Below are positions 1 through 11,000 of a stretch of 32,000 bases of DNA, piece by piece. The number at the start of each line of letters is the position of its first letter. The stretch's first letter is position 1. The position numbers and the translations under genes are program-made. Where the stretch lies: positions 11,354-43,353 of the forward strand of contig NZ_SODD01000017.1 of the NCBI RefSeq assembly GCF_004365815.1, written 5' to 3'. Source of the stretch: Breznakia blatticola (GTDB taxonomy: Bacteria; Bacillota_I; Bacilli_A; Erysipelotrichales; Erysipelotrichaceae). The notes beneath the pieces were generated by a model. That model was not told where the DNA came from. It did no database searches and was given only the letters and a program-made list of their open reading frames with translations.

Positions 1-1604
1 CCAATGATGTACTAGGTAGTGGTGGCTCTATCGAAATGGATGCAATTGCAGTTTTTGCGGGGGTATTTTTAGTACTCGTGATTATTGAATATGTATGTAA
101 TTACTATGTAGCATATCGTGGGCACGTAATGGGTGCATTTATGGAAGCAGATATGCGTAATGAATTATTTCAACATTACCAAAAGTTAAGTTTTAGCTTT
201 TATGATGATCAAAAAGTTGGACAATTGATGACACGATTAACCAATGATTTATTCTCACTTACAGAATTATATCACCATGGTCCAGAAGATATCGTTATTT
301 CATTTATTCGTATTGTGGGAGCCTTTGCAATCCTATTAGCGATTCATGTTCCATTAACTTTGATCATGTTTGCTTTAATTCCGTTTATGATTATTTTTGC
401 GATTTACTATAATAAGCAAATGAAACGAGCATTTAAAGCCAATCGTCAAAAAATTGGAGATATCAATGCACGTATTGAAGATAGTTTATCTGGAATTCGT
501 GTAGTAAAAAGTTTTGCCAATGAAGAAGCGGAGATGAATCGATTCTCTCATGAAAATAGTTTATGGATTGATACAAAACGTAACTCATATCATAAGATGG
601 GTCGTTTCCATGCTGGAATTGGCGCATTTATCTCAATGCTGAGTGTCATCATTATTATTGGTGGTGCATATTTCATTAGCATTGGGGAAATGAATGCAGG
701 AGACTTGATTGCTTACCTATTATATATATCAAATCTAACCGATCCAATTAAACGTTTAATTAACTTTACAGAAACTTTCCAAGATGGGGTCAGTGGATTT
801 GAACGCTTTATGGAATTATTAGAAATTCATCCAGATATTGAAGATGCACCGAATGCAATTGAATTAAAGGATGTAAAAGGAAATGTAGATTTTGAACATG
901 TATACTTCCGTTATAATGAGAAAAGTGATTATGTACTGCGTGATGTAAACTTACAAGTACAAGCTGGTGAATACATTGCCTTGGTTGGGCAAAGTGGGGC
1001 AGGAAAAACAACGATGTGTTCCTTGATTCCACGTTTCTATGAATTAAGTGATGGAGTGATTCGTATTGATGGAATATCAAATCGTGATGTTACATTATCC
1101 TCTTTACGGAATCATATTGGAGTTGTACAACAAGATGTCTACTTATTTGCAGGAACAATTATGGATAATATTGCCTATGGAAATCCAAATGCAAGTGAAG
1201 AAGATATTATCCGTGCAGCTAAACAAGCCAATGCGCATGATTTCATTGTTGAATTAGAAGATGGGTATGATACAGATATTGGATCTCGTGGAGTCAAACT
1301 ATCCGGAGGACAAAAACAAAGAATTTCGATTGCCCGTGTTTTCTTGAAAAATCCATCAATTCTTATTTTTGATGAAGCAACAAGTGCTTTAGATAATGAA
1401 AGTGAAAAAGTTGTTCAAGAATCACTGGAACAACTAGCAAAAAATAGAACGACATTTGTGATTGCGCACCGTTTAACTACAATTAAAAATGCACAACGCA
1501 TTGTAGTCTTAGGTGAATCTGGAATTGATGAAGTAGGAAGTCATGATGAATTACTCGCTAAAAATGGTGAATATGCAAAATTGTATGAAATGCAATTTAG
1601 ATAA
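1..1604 (+). CDS. ABC transporter permease/ATP-binding protein (type I exporter half-transporter), 5' partial
   Basis: The reading frame is open from base 3 with no stop before the ATG at 36, so the gene begins upstream of the window. A TM-rich exporter domain is followed by an NBD with Walker A GQSGAGKT, signature LSGGQKQR and Walker B ILIFDEATSALD. Confidence 0.9.
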   Translation, partial: NDVLGSGGSIEMDAIAVFAGVFLVLVIIEYVCNYYVAYRGHVMGAFMEADMRNELFQHYQKLSFSFYDDQKVGQLMTRLTNDLFSLTELYHHGPEDIVISFIRIVGAFAILLAIHVPLTLIMFALIPFMIIFAIYYNKQMKRAFKANRQKIGDINARIEDSLSGIRVVKSFANEEAEMNRFSHENSLWIDTKRNSYHKMGRFHAGIGAFISMLSVIIIIGGAYFISIGEMNAGDLIAYLLYISNLTDPIKRLINFTETFQDGVSGFERFMELLEIHPDIEDAPNAIELKDVKGNVDFEHVYFRYNEKSDYVLRDVNLQVQAGEYIALVGQSGAGKTTMCSLIPRFYELSDGVIRIDGISNRDVTLSSLRNHIGVVQQDVYLFAGTIMDNIAYGNPNASEEDIIRAAKQANAHDFIVELEDGYDTDIGSRGVKLSGGQKQRISIARVFLKNPSILIFDEATSALDNESEKVVQESLEQLAKNRTTFVIAHRLTTIKNAQRIVVLGESGIDEVGSHDELLAKNGEYAKLYEMQFR

Positions 1605-1614
1605 GGAATAAACC

Positions 1615-2145
1615 ATGGAAAATAAACCGAAAAAAGAAGCACTAACAAGTCAAAGACGTGACGCGATTTTAGATGATTTAAAACATACAACACAACCACT
1701 TAACGCAACAAAACTTGCGCAAAAGTATGGAGTATCAAGACAAATCATCGTTGGTGATATCGCGATACTTAAAGCTAGACAAGAACCAATTGTGGCAAGT
1801 GTCAAAGGATATCTATACTTACGTGAACATGACGAGTATTATACGATTGCATGTAAACACGAAGAATCACAAACTGGTGATGAACTTTCTTTGATTGTTG
1901 ATCAAGGTGGAATCATTGTGAATGTAATTGTTGATCATCCATTATATGGTGAACTAATTGGTCAACTGGATATCCATTCACGTTATGATGTAAAAGCATT
2001 TGTGGAAAAAAGTAAAAGCTTAGGTGCTCGTAACTTAAGTGAATTAAATGATGGCGTCCATTTACATACGATTCAATGTCCAAATGAGGAAACATTTGAA
2101 CGGATTAAAAACGTATTGCGCGAACATCATTATTTATACGAATAG
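1615..2145 (+). CDS. niaR: NiaR/YrxA-type transcriptional repressor (HTH_11 + 3H domain)
   Basis: 176 aa. N-terminal HTH (LNATKLAQKYGVSRQIIVGDIAILKA) and C-terminal 3H-type motifs (DHPLYGEL, DGVHLHT) closely parallel B. subtilis YrxA as I recall it. It starts 10 nt after the ABC gene stop. Confidence 0.8.
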   Translation: MENKPKKEALTSQRRDAILDDLKHTTQPLNATKLAQKYGVSRQIIVGDIAILKARQEPIVASVKGYLYLREHDEYYTIACKHEESQTGDELSLIVDQGGIIVNVIVDHPLYGELIGQLDIHSRYDVKAFVEKSKSLGARNLSELNDGVHLHTIQCPNEETFERIKNVLREHHYLYE

Positions 2146-2152
2146 AGAGAAT

Positions 2153-2192
2153 GCGATATGACGTAAGAAAAATTACGCATGTCGCTTTTTTT
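2153..2192 (+). terminator. Rho-independent terminator after niaR
   Basis: Stem GCGATATG(A)CGTAA / TTACGCATGTCGC with one bulge and one G-U pair, loop GAAAAA, followed by a run of 7 T. Confidence 0.75.
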
Positions 2193-2229
2193 GTGCATGG
2201 TCATATCAAAAACATAGTATAATACAACT

Positions 2230-4860
2230 ATGAGATTACAACAGATCAAAGAACATACCATGATTTTAGCACCATCCTATTTACACAAACAATTACGTAG
2301 TGATTTACTCAAGCAGACAAATGGCTTAGCAAACGTAAGTATTATGAGTGTGGATACGTATCTAGCAAGTTTACTAAGGAATAACTATGATGCATATCCA
2401 TATCAATGTTACTTAGCGATGCAAGATTTAGCACTTACGTATTTTGCGGGTGTAAAAGATAATACCGACTTCATAAACGAAGTCGTTCAATTTGTGGATG
2501 ATGTAAATTTCTATGGTATAGATGCAAATCAATTAAAAGAAAGTGATGTCTATTTAAAAGAATTGAAAGACATTGTTTTTAACTTGCTAACAATACCAAG
2601 TGCAAGCAAGGAACAACGGGAACGATTGTATGCTCTTGATGATGCATCAAATATCGTAATTATCGATGACTTTGCAAATGAAAGACATCGATACATTTAT
2701 GATGTACTCCAACAAAAAGGAGCAACACATATTGCCCCAAATCTTGTTCAACCAAACAAGGAATTTTACTATGTCTTAAATAAGAAAGAAGAATGTGAAG
2801 CTGTGGCACGTTATATCATTGGACATGATATTGATGTGAGTAAAGCAAAAATGACATTGTTAGATACATCGTATCAACCATTTATTGAACAGATATTTGA
2901 TCGTTACCATATTCCGTATTCATTTCAAAGTTTACGTAAGAAAAATCGTATGATTTTTTCATTCACGAGTTTACTTGCGTATTATCTACAACCAGATAGT
3001 GAACATTTAGCTGCCTTATTTGAAACAGAGGTTTTTGTTCATCCAAAGGCACAAGCATTTGTAAATTATGTGCAAAGCTTTCAGTGTACACTTGAGGATA
3101 GTTTTACACGCATGGAAGATCATGTTGATGCTGCTCACAATACCATTGATGCAAATACGCGCGAAGCATTCAAAAAATTGGAACTTGATGCACGTGAAGT
3201 AAAAACTGAAGTATATGAGAAGCTAAAATATTTACTATCATGTTTTTTGCAAGAAGCAATTGTATACATTGAACAACTTGTGGTAGATAATAGTAGTTTT
3301 ACAAGTATTGAAGATGTGCAAACCATTCGTCAAATTCGTAAAGAAATTAAAATTAGCTACACCTATATAAATGAAAAAACAATTTCGTTATTTATTGAGC
3401 GCTTAGAAGCATTGCAACTCAAGCAATCCAAAGAAATGTTAGGCTTACAAATTGGTGAACTTACACAGCCGACAAAAGAGATGGACTACCATTTTGTACT
3501 AGGTGCTACGGCCAATCATTTTCCTGGATTTGTTGCTAAGAGTGGCTTGTTTTCAGAAAACTATATTAAACATACCGACTATCCAAGTTTAGAAAGTCGT
3601 TATGAATTTCATGTACAACAAGCAATCGATTCTTTACAGACAAGTCAAAATCTTATCGTATTTTATGCAACCAGTGGACTTGATGGAAAGGTTCAACAAC
3701 CTTCACTAGAAATAGAAACACTGATGCAACAACAAGCAAAACCATATCCATTACCATTTGCATATCAAATGTATCAAGTTGATACAAACTTACAACCAAC
3801 ATATGCAAAAGCATTATTTCAAAAAGATGGAATGTATATGGGTTCAGTATCCGCTTTTGAAATGTATGCAAACTGTCCATATAAGTATTTCTTGCGTCAT
3901 GGTTTAAAAATCTATGAAGAAGCAAAAAATCCATTAGATAACTCAACGACAGGTACACTCATGCACTATATTTATGAGTCGCTTACTTCACAAATGGGAA
4001 AAAACTATGCTAGTGCATCATGTGCAGAAGTTGCGCATTTGATAGCTAGAGAAAGTAAAGCACTTGCAGATGTATATGTGCAAAATGCAAAACAACTACA
4101 AATGAGTCAAGAACGCTTATTACAATCCCTTATGCAAAACCTGGCATATTTAGAAATGTTTGAAGAAACAAGTCATTTAGTACCCACTGCTTTTGAGTAT
4201 GAATTTTATGCAACCATTCCAACAACTCACGCAAACGTAAAATTGCATGGATATATTGACCGTTTGGATATGAACCGCGATTTTGTAAGTGTCATTGACT
4301 ATAAAAGTAGTGCAAAGAAACTAGATTTAAAAGAAGTACGTAAAGGTATGAAACTTCAACTTCCTACATACTTATATGTGGCACATCATGAATTCCAACG
4401 TCGTCCAGTTGGTGCATACTACTATAGCTTACAAAATGGAAAACAAGCTGCATACTATGCAAAGATGAACCGAGGAAAACTAATCGAACAAAGCGAAGAA
4501 GGTCGTAAGCAAAACTTTGAGAAAACAAAGAAATTATCTGGTTGGACCACATCTACAGATTTCCAAGTGATGGATCAGGATGAACGTTTTATTGATGGCA
4601 TTGCAAGAAAGAAAGATGGAAGTTTTAGTGCATCAACAAAGATTTATAATATTGAGGCAGTTGAAACCTTATTAAAAGCAAATTTAGAACGAATTGTGGA
4701 CAACTTAATGCAAGCCAATATTCGCATTGAACCAGTTAGTTGTGCATACTGTAAATATCAAGATATTTGTCATAACCGCAAAGATGGATATGAAAGAGAT
4801 ATGTTAGATGTCGATCAAGATATCTACTTAGTTGGAAAGTTAAAGGAGGAAAGTCAGTGA
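2230..4860 (+). CDS. addB: Helicase-nuclease complex subunit B (AddB/RexB type, no Walker A)
   Basis: C-terminal PD-(D/E)XK nuclease motif (GYIDRLD ... VIDYKSS) and Fe-S Cys set (ANCPYKYF ... CAYCKYQDIC) typical of AddB. No GxxxxGK[ST] anywhere in the N-terminus, as in RexB of lactic acid bacteria. The stop overlaps the addA GTG start (GTGA). The start is uncertain (ATG 2230 or ATG 2260) and neither has an SD. Confidence 0.8.
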   Translation: MRLQQIKEHTMILAPSYLHKQLRSDLLKQTNGLANVSIMSVDTYLASLLRNNYDAYPYQCYLAMQDLALTYFAGVKDNTDFINEVVQFVDDVNFYGIDANQLKESDVYLKELKDIVFNLLTIPSASKEQRERLYALDDASNIVIIDDFANERHRYIYDVLQQKGATHIAPNLVQPNKEFYYVLNKKEECEAVARYIIGHDIDVSKAKMTLLDTSYQPFIEQIFDRYHIPYSFQSLRKKNRMIFSFTSLLAYYLQPDSEHLAALFETEVFVHPKAQAFVNYVQSFQCTLEDSFTRMEDHVDAAHNTIDANTREAFKKLELDAREVKTEVYEKLKYLLSCFLQEAIVYIEQLVVDNSSFTSIEDVQTIRQIRKEIKISYTYINEKTISLFIERLEALQLKQSKEMLGLQIGELTQPTKEMDYHFVLGATANHFPGFVAKSGLFSENYIKHTDYPSLESRYEFHVQQAIDSLQTSQNLIVFYATSGLDGKVQQPSLEIETLMQQQAKPYPLPFAYQMYQVDTNLQPTYAKALFQKDGMYMGSVSAFEMYANCPYKYFLRHGLKIYEEAKNPLDNSTTGTLMHYIYESLTSQMGKNYASASCAEVAHLIARESKALADVYVQNAKQLQMSQERLLQSLMQNLAYLEMFEETSHLVPTAFEYEFYATIPTTHANVKLHGYIDRLDMNRDFVSVIDYKSSAKKLDLKEVRKGMKLQLPTYLYVAHHEFQRRPVGAYYYSLQNGKQAAYYAKMNRGKLIEQSEEGRKQNFEKTKKLSGWTTSTDFQVMDQDERFIDGIARKKDGSFSASTKIYNIEAVETLLKANLERIVDNLMQANIRIEPVSCAYCKYQDICHNRKDGYERDMLDVDQDIYLVGKLKEESQ

Positions 4861-7800
4861 GTCTAAATCAAGAACAACAACGTGCAGTTGCTGCTAGAAA
4901 TACGAATATTCTTGTATCTGCAAGTGCTGGTGCTGGAAAAACAAAAGTTTTGATTGAACGACTCATGTCTTTAATCACACAAGATAAAGTAGAAGTTAGT
5001 GAAATACTTGCTATGACTTTTACAGAAGCGGCAGCAGCAGAGATGAAAAAGCGACTTGCAGCATCTCTATCAAGTACGTACGAACAAACAAAGGATCCAT
5101 TTCTAAAAGCGCAACTGGCAAATTTAGAAAGTGCAAACATCTCAACAATTCATGGATTTTGTTTGCGTATTTTAAAAGAATATTACTACATGATTGATCT
5201 ACCTAAAAAACGTGTCAATCATCCATTAGATGAACAACAAGCAAGTATGCTAAAAACAAATGCACTAGAAAGTGTACTAGCATATGCCTACCAACAACCA
5301 TGGTTTCCAAGCTTCGTGGAAGTTTTTAGTGATCGACCAGAATCATTAGGAACTTTGGAAGCATCCATCAATCAATATGCAAATGTGGTAAATGCAAAAG
5401 CAGATCCACAAGCATATATAAAACACTGTATGGATTACTACAAACCTATTGATACAATTGCACAGTTACCTAAAGATATTCAACACTATTTCTTTCAAGG
5501 AATCGAACTAGAACTAGATGTACTTATTGATGCACTAACACAAGTAGAATTTGAATATAGTGATGAAAGTAATCTTGTAAAAGAAGAACGTTACCAGAAA
5601 GCAAAGGCTGCCATTCTTGCACGTGATTATGAAAGTTATCGTGCAGTATTAAAAGCAACGGTGCAACTAAAAAGTCCAGCCAAAACCAAAAGTGCATATT
5701 ATACGACAATTGCAGAAGTGGAAGATCGTTTACTGCAACAAGCATTTAGTGAAAAAGAGTATGTGAGTTTCCATAATGCAAATGTTGAAGTAATGCATCA
5801 CTTTATTGAGTTAACCCAAATGTTTCTTGCGCATTATGAAAAAGAAAAGCAAGAATACGAGTGTATTGATTTCTCGGATATGGAACACTATGCAATTGCT
5901 ATACTACAAGCAAAAGGTGGGCATGTCGCAAATCTTTTAAAGCAACAGTTTAAAACGATCATGGTAGATGAATTCCAAGATAGTAATGATGTTCAAGATA
6001 CACTAATTAAACTCATTGCGAAAGAGGATAATGTCTTCCGTGTTGGTGATATTAAACAATCTATTTATGGATTTCGTAATGCTTCACCAGAAATTATGAA
6101 AGGCTTTATCGATACACCTGATGCAAAAAATGAAGTGATTTTCTTTAAGTACAATTATCGTAGTAAAGAAAGTATTGTAGAGTTTACCAATCAATACTTC
6201 AAGGCACTGATGAATATTGAAGGACTTTCTTCATCTTATGAAAGTGATGATGTTGTTAGTGTGGGTCGTGACCAACAAAAGGAAAATAATGTACCTGTGC
6301 AAATTCACATTATTGATAAGAACTTAAAGAAATCAGATGCATGGGCAGAAACACCAAATGATTTAACGACTTCATATATTGCTAATCAAATTCTAAAAAT
6401 AAAAGCAGAAAAAGGATATGCATTTAAAGACTTCGCGATTTTAGTTCGTGGCAATGCTAAAATGAAAAGCATTAACGAAGAATTAAGTGAACTAGGAATT
6501 CCATGTTTTTATGCAAATGCAGAAGACTTCTATAAAAATGTAAGTATTACATCCGTTATTTCTTTTGTTAAGGCGTTGGTGAATATGCATGATGATCATA
6601 ATTTTATTGCTTTATGTACATCTTGTTTCTATCAAATTCCTGCAAATGATCTAGCAAAAGCAAAACTAGAAAAAGCTGAAGATAGTAGTTATGCAACGTA
6701 TTTTGAAAATGATGAACGACTTGCATCTTTCTATGAATTACGTGAACACATTTACAAACAACCTGTTTCAAAAGTGATGAAAAGCATCTATGATATTAAC
6801 GATTTCTATATGTCGTATACGACGTTACAAGATAAAGCAAACTTGGATTTACTTTATGAAATTGTATGTCAGAAAGAACAAGAAGAGGCAATGGGAATTC
6901 AGGGCTTCTTACGTTATATTGAGCAAGTACAAAATCTAAAAGTACCAGAAGCATTTCCATTAGGTGAAGGAGATGATGTCGTTCGTTTGATGACGATACA
7001 TAAATCCAAAGGATTGGAATTTAAAGTTGTCTTCTTAGTAAGCTCACAAAACAAGAATGCACAATCCAATTTTCTAGCAACAGATGATGAACTTGGAATT
7101 GCAGTTGACTATGTGGATGCCAAAAACTATCAGATTTATAATGATATTAGTAAAATTGCAATTAAGAATAAACAGTATCTTAATTCACTTGAAGAAGAAC
7201 TACGTGTTTTGTATGTTGCTATTACGCGAGCGGAGTGTGAGATGCATGTTGTAGGAACGGGAAATGAAACCGAAATACTTGATGCAAACTTCCAGAACTT
7301 CTACAATACCAAAGGGTTTATATGGTGGATGCGTATGGGGTTACATGATGTTGATGCATCGTTATACCACATTGAGTATGTTGATGAAGTGTGGACAAAT
7401 CAAACACAAGAAACAAAGAAAATGGAATACACGCAAACATATTACGATAAACAAGCAAGTGAAGTTGTATTTGCTTCACCAAGTGATAGTGAAACATTTG
7501 TGCAAAAACCACAGCCATTCTCTTTACAAGAGGATGTCGGCTTTGAAAGAGGGAGCAATCTTCACCGTATGGTAGAAGTCTTACCTAATACAACTTGGGA
7601 TGATGCATTGCTAACACAAGTAGCAAATGCAGAAGCGATTACATTGCATGCACATGATATGCAAGTCTTACAAAAACTACAAAATGAGCAGTTGTATCAG
7701 CAAGCATCAAGTTTTCATGAAGTGTATCATGAGTTTGCATTTATGGTTAAAGATGATCAAGAAATCATGCATGGATATATGGATTATCTTGCAATTGATG

Positions 7801-7982
7801 AAACCGATGTAATTATGATTGATTTTAAAAGTGATCGTGGAGTAGATGAACAAGTTTTATACACAAGATATCACCAACAAATCAAAGCTTACCAAAAAGC
7901 ATTACATATTTTATATCCAACGAAAAATATTCAAACGTATATTTATGCATTTGAATTAGCAAAAATGATTTTAATTAAGTAA
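4857..7982 (+). CDS. addA: ATP-dependent helicase/nuclease subunit A
   Basis: UvrD-family motifs (Walker A SASAGAGKT, VDEFQDSN, TIHKSKGLEF, YVAITRA) plus a C-terminal RecB-type nuclease motif (GYMDYLAIDETDVIMIDFKSD). SD AAGGAGG at 4843-4849 lies 7 nt before the GTG at 4857. Confidence 0.9.
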   Translation: MSLNQEQQRAVAARNTNILVSASAGAGKTKVLIERLMSLITQDKVEVSEILAMTFTEAAAAEMKKRLAASLSSTYEQTKDPFLKAQLANLESANISTIHGFCLRILKEYYYMIDLPKKRVNHPLDEQQASMLKTNALESVLAYAYQQPWFPSFVEVFSDRPESLGTLEASINQYANVVNAKADPQAYIKHCMDYYKPIDTIAQLPKDIQHYFFQGIELELDVLIDALTQVEFEYSDESNLVKEERYQKAKAAILARDYESYRAVLKATVQLKSPAKTKSAYYTTIAEVEDRLLQQAFSEKEYVSFHNANVEVMHHFIELTQMFLAHYEKEKQEYECIDFSDMEHYAIAILQAKGGHVANLLKQQFKTIMVDEFQDSNDVQDTLIKLIAKEDNVFRVGDIKQSIYGFRNASPEIMKGFIDTPDAKNEVIFFKYNYRSKESIVEFTNQYFKALMNIEGLSSSYESDDVVSVGRDQQKENNVPVQIHIIDKNLKKSDAWAETPNDLTTSYIANQILKIKAEKGYAFKDFAILVRGNAKMKSINEELSELGIPCFYANAEDFYKNVSITSVISFVKALVNMHDDHNFIALCTSCFYQIPANDLAKAKLEKAEDSSYATYFENDERLASFYELREHIYKQPVSKVMKSIYDINDFYMSYTTLQDKANLDLLYEIVCQKEQEEAMGIQGFLRYIEQVQNLKVPEAFPLGEGDDVVRLMTIHKSKGLEFKVVFLVSSQNKNAQSNFLATDDELGIAVDYVDAKNYQIYNDISKIAIKNKQYLNSLEEELRVLYVAITRAECEMHVVGTGNETEILDANFQNFYNTKGFIWWMRMGLHDVDASLYHIEYVDEVWTNQTQETKKMEYTQTYYDKQASEVVFASPSDSETFVQKPQPFSLQEDVGFERGSNLHRMVEVLPNTTWDDALLTQVANAEAITLHAHDMQVLQKLQNEQLYQQASSFHEVYHEFAFMVKDDQEIMHGYMDYLAIDETDVIMIDFKSDRGVDEQVLYTRYHQQIKAYQKALHILYPTKNIQTYIYAFELAKMILIK

Positions 7983-8017
7983 AAAAGTGTCACATCCATT
8001 TGGATGTGACACTTTTG
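7981..8017. terminator. Bidirectional terminator between convergent addA and the ABC permease gene
   Basis: Perfect palindrome AGTGTCACATCCA-tt-TGGATGTGACACT (7986-8013), flanked by A6 on the left and T4 on the right. It sits exactly between the two stop codons. Confidence 0.8.
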
Positions 8018-11000
8018 TTAGTCTACTGATTTTAATGCTTGTAGCATATCTTCTTTACGTAGTTTTTGATTAACAAAGATACCAAGAATAAAGGTAACTG
8101 TGGCAACTAAGATGATTGAGACAATAAATCCCATCAGACCAGTTGTTGGATCAAACATTACGTCTTCAGGTGGAACAACATTCAAGATATATAAGTGGAG
8201 CAATCGACCAAAGATAAATCCAGTCAAAATACCAAGAATGGTTAATGTAATTGTTTCTCGATAAATATACATGGTAACTTCTTTATCATAGAATCCAAGA
8301 ACTTTAATCGTTGACAATTCACGAATTCGTTCAGAGATATTGATGTTTGTGAGGTTGTAGAGAATGACAACAGCCAATAATGAAGCAACAATAATTAATA
8401 CAGTCATAATCATATCTAAAGCATTTACAATTGTATCAATTTGGGTGATCAAAGTTGTGTTTTGCACGATTCCTTTAACCCCAGGTAAATCCATAAATAC
8501 TGCTGCTTGTGTATTTGCATTAGTAATTGAGCGATTATGCAAACTTACAAAGTATGCGTTATCGGTATAGTCTTGGTTGAATACTTGTTCATAGGTAGTT
8601 TCATTCATGAATGCAAAGTGTCCCATATACATCTCACAAATTCCACCAACTTTCATTTCATAGCTATTGTTGTTTGCATCTTGCATAACAATAGTATCAC
8701 CAATACTAACATCAAATGATTTTGCAAGACGTTCACTGATTATGATACTTCCATCTTCTAGTGAGATTTTTTCTTTCCCCTTACGTTCTTCCAAGGTAAT
8801 GTAATTACTTAATTTTGCAGTGTCACTTGGGACAAGAAGTTTAACATCTTGCTTATCACCTGAGGTATTTGGTGTGACATGTAATTCACTATAATGAATT
8901 GGCATACTATATTTGATAGCCTCATTACGTAATTGTTTTTCTAAGTTATCGCTTTGTGCTTGTTGGATCGTTGGATCTTTTGCGATGATCATATCATAGG
9001 TGATAATCTCACCAAATTGATGATCTCCAATCCCAGAAATTGAGTGTTGCATACCAAATCCTGCAAATAACATCGTTACTGCACCACAAACACCAAAGAT
9101 GGTCATAAATGCACGTTTTTTATAGCGGAAGAGATTTCTTGCAGTGACTTTGTGTGTAAAACTTAAACGTGACCACAAAGGACGAATTCTTTCTAGTAGA
9201 ATTTTACTGCCCGCTTTTGGGGATTTTGGTTGTAAAAGTATGCTTGGACGATTTTTTAGTTCACGACTTGCCACCATATATGCTGGTAGTACTGCACTAA
9301 GTAAAGAAAGAATTAGTGCAATCAAACTAATGGTGAAGTAAAAGTGGAACTCAATAGGTGGAACTGTAAAGCCAACACTGTACGCTTTATAAACGATAGC
9401 AGGTAATAGTGTGTGTCCAAGAATGGTACCGATGAAGGTTCCAATCGTTCCAGCAAGTAAACCATAAACTGTGAATTTTTTACGAATGTCCTTGTTTTCA
9501 TAACCAAGTGCTTTTAATGTTCCTAGATTGATTCGATCTTCATCAACAAATCGTGTCATGGTAGTAAATGTTACCAATGCAGCCACAAAGTATAAAAAGA
9601 TGGGAAATACATTTGCTAAACTATCCACAATTGTGGCAATACTTCCATAGATTTTATATCCTTGCGAACCAGGAGCTTCTTTTCTTGATTGAATTGCATA
9701 TGCTGGTAACTCTAAAGAATCTAAACTATCTTCGTATTGCGAGAGTTTTGATTTTGCATTAGCAAGTTCTTTTTCGATATCACTGCGTTTTTCATCAAAT
9801 TCCGCTTGCTTGCTTTGATAAGTTGTTTTACTTTCTTGCAAAGTTGCACTTGCTTGAGTAAGTTGATTTGCACCTTCTGTTTTCTTTGTTTCAAAACCTG
9901 CTTCTTGATTTTGTAGTTCGATTTGTCCTTGCTGAAGCTGCACTTCACCAGCACGAATTTGACGATCTGCTTGCTCTAACTGCACTTTCGCATTTTCAAT
10001 CGCTGTTGTGGCTTGTGTAAGTTGTTGCGTGTAGGCTGTTAGATTTGCTTGGACAACTTGTAAGGTAGCACTTGCTTCTGCTTTTTGCTGGTCGGTAGCA
10101 GTAGGATCATTGATCACAGCTTGTAAAGTTGTTTCTTGTTGCTTCAATGAAGTAATGGCAGCTTCTAATTGCGGTTTGCTTTCGTTATATGTTTGCAATT
10201 TTGCTTGATAGGTTGTCAGATTGTTTTGATAGGCATTTTTAGCCTGTGTTAATGTAGTTTCGCTTTGTCTAAGAGTATTTCTAGCATCATTGAGTTTTAC
10301 TTGTCCATCTTGAATGGCTTGATTGTACATCGCTTGTTTGTTTGCTAGTTCGAGTTCACCTTGTTCAATTTGCAGCTTTGCATTTGCCAATTGTTCTTTT
10401 GTGTTATCAAATGTTTGTTGCGCATCTAGAAGGTTTTTATTTCCTTCATCAAGTTGCCTTTGAACATCTGCTTTAACTGATTGCAAACGGAGTTTTGGTT
10501 GGTCAGCTAGTAACTCATTTAGTTCTTCTTTGTGTTTGAGTAATCTAGTAGCATAAGTATCACTATAGGGGTCTACACTAGCAATATCCTCATACGTAAG
10601 TCGAGCGATCATAAATATATCACTATCAAATGCTTCAGTTGAAATGACTGCGTAGTGTGATAAATCTCCGGTACCAGCTGTAGATGCACCTTGATTTACA
10701 TTAGATATAATTTCTGTTGAATTTACAAAACCAACAATGGTAAAAGTGTGCGTGTTTAATGTAGTGTTTCCACTTAAGTCTTTTTTCTCATGAAATGAAA
10801 TGGAATCACCAATTGCATAGTCCTTTTTTAAGTTTTCTTGTAATGCGATTTCCTTTTTGCTTTTTGGCAAACGTCCTTCTTTTACATCGAATGTTGAGAT
10901 ACGTTCTGTTTTAGAAAATAATCGAACTGCTGTATGTTCGTTTTTAATAGTCACATCTTTTAAGTATCCATATTCAATATCTTTGGCGGATGCTTGATTG

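Noticed and set aside
2230-7982. addB/addA as a candidate novel helicase-nuclease defence system.
   Set aside because: The motif content and the gene pair with GTGA coupling match the housekeeping AddAB/RexAB double-strand-break repair complex. The reduced size and missing AddB P-loop have precedent in RexB-type proteins.
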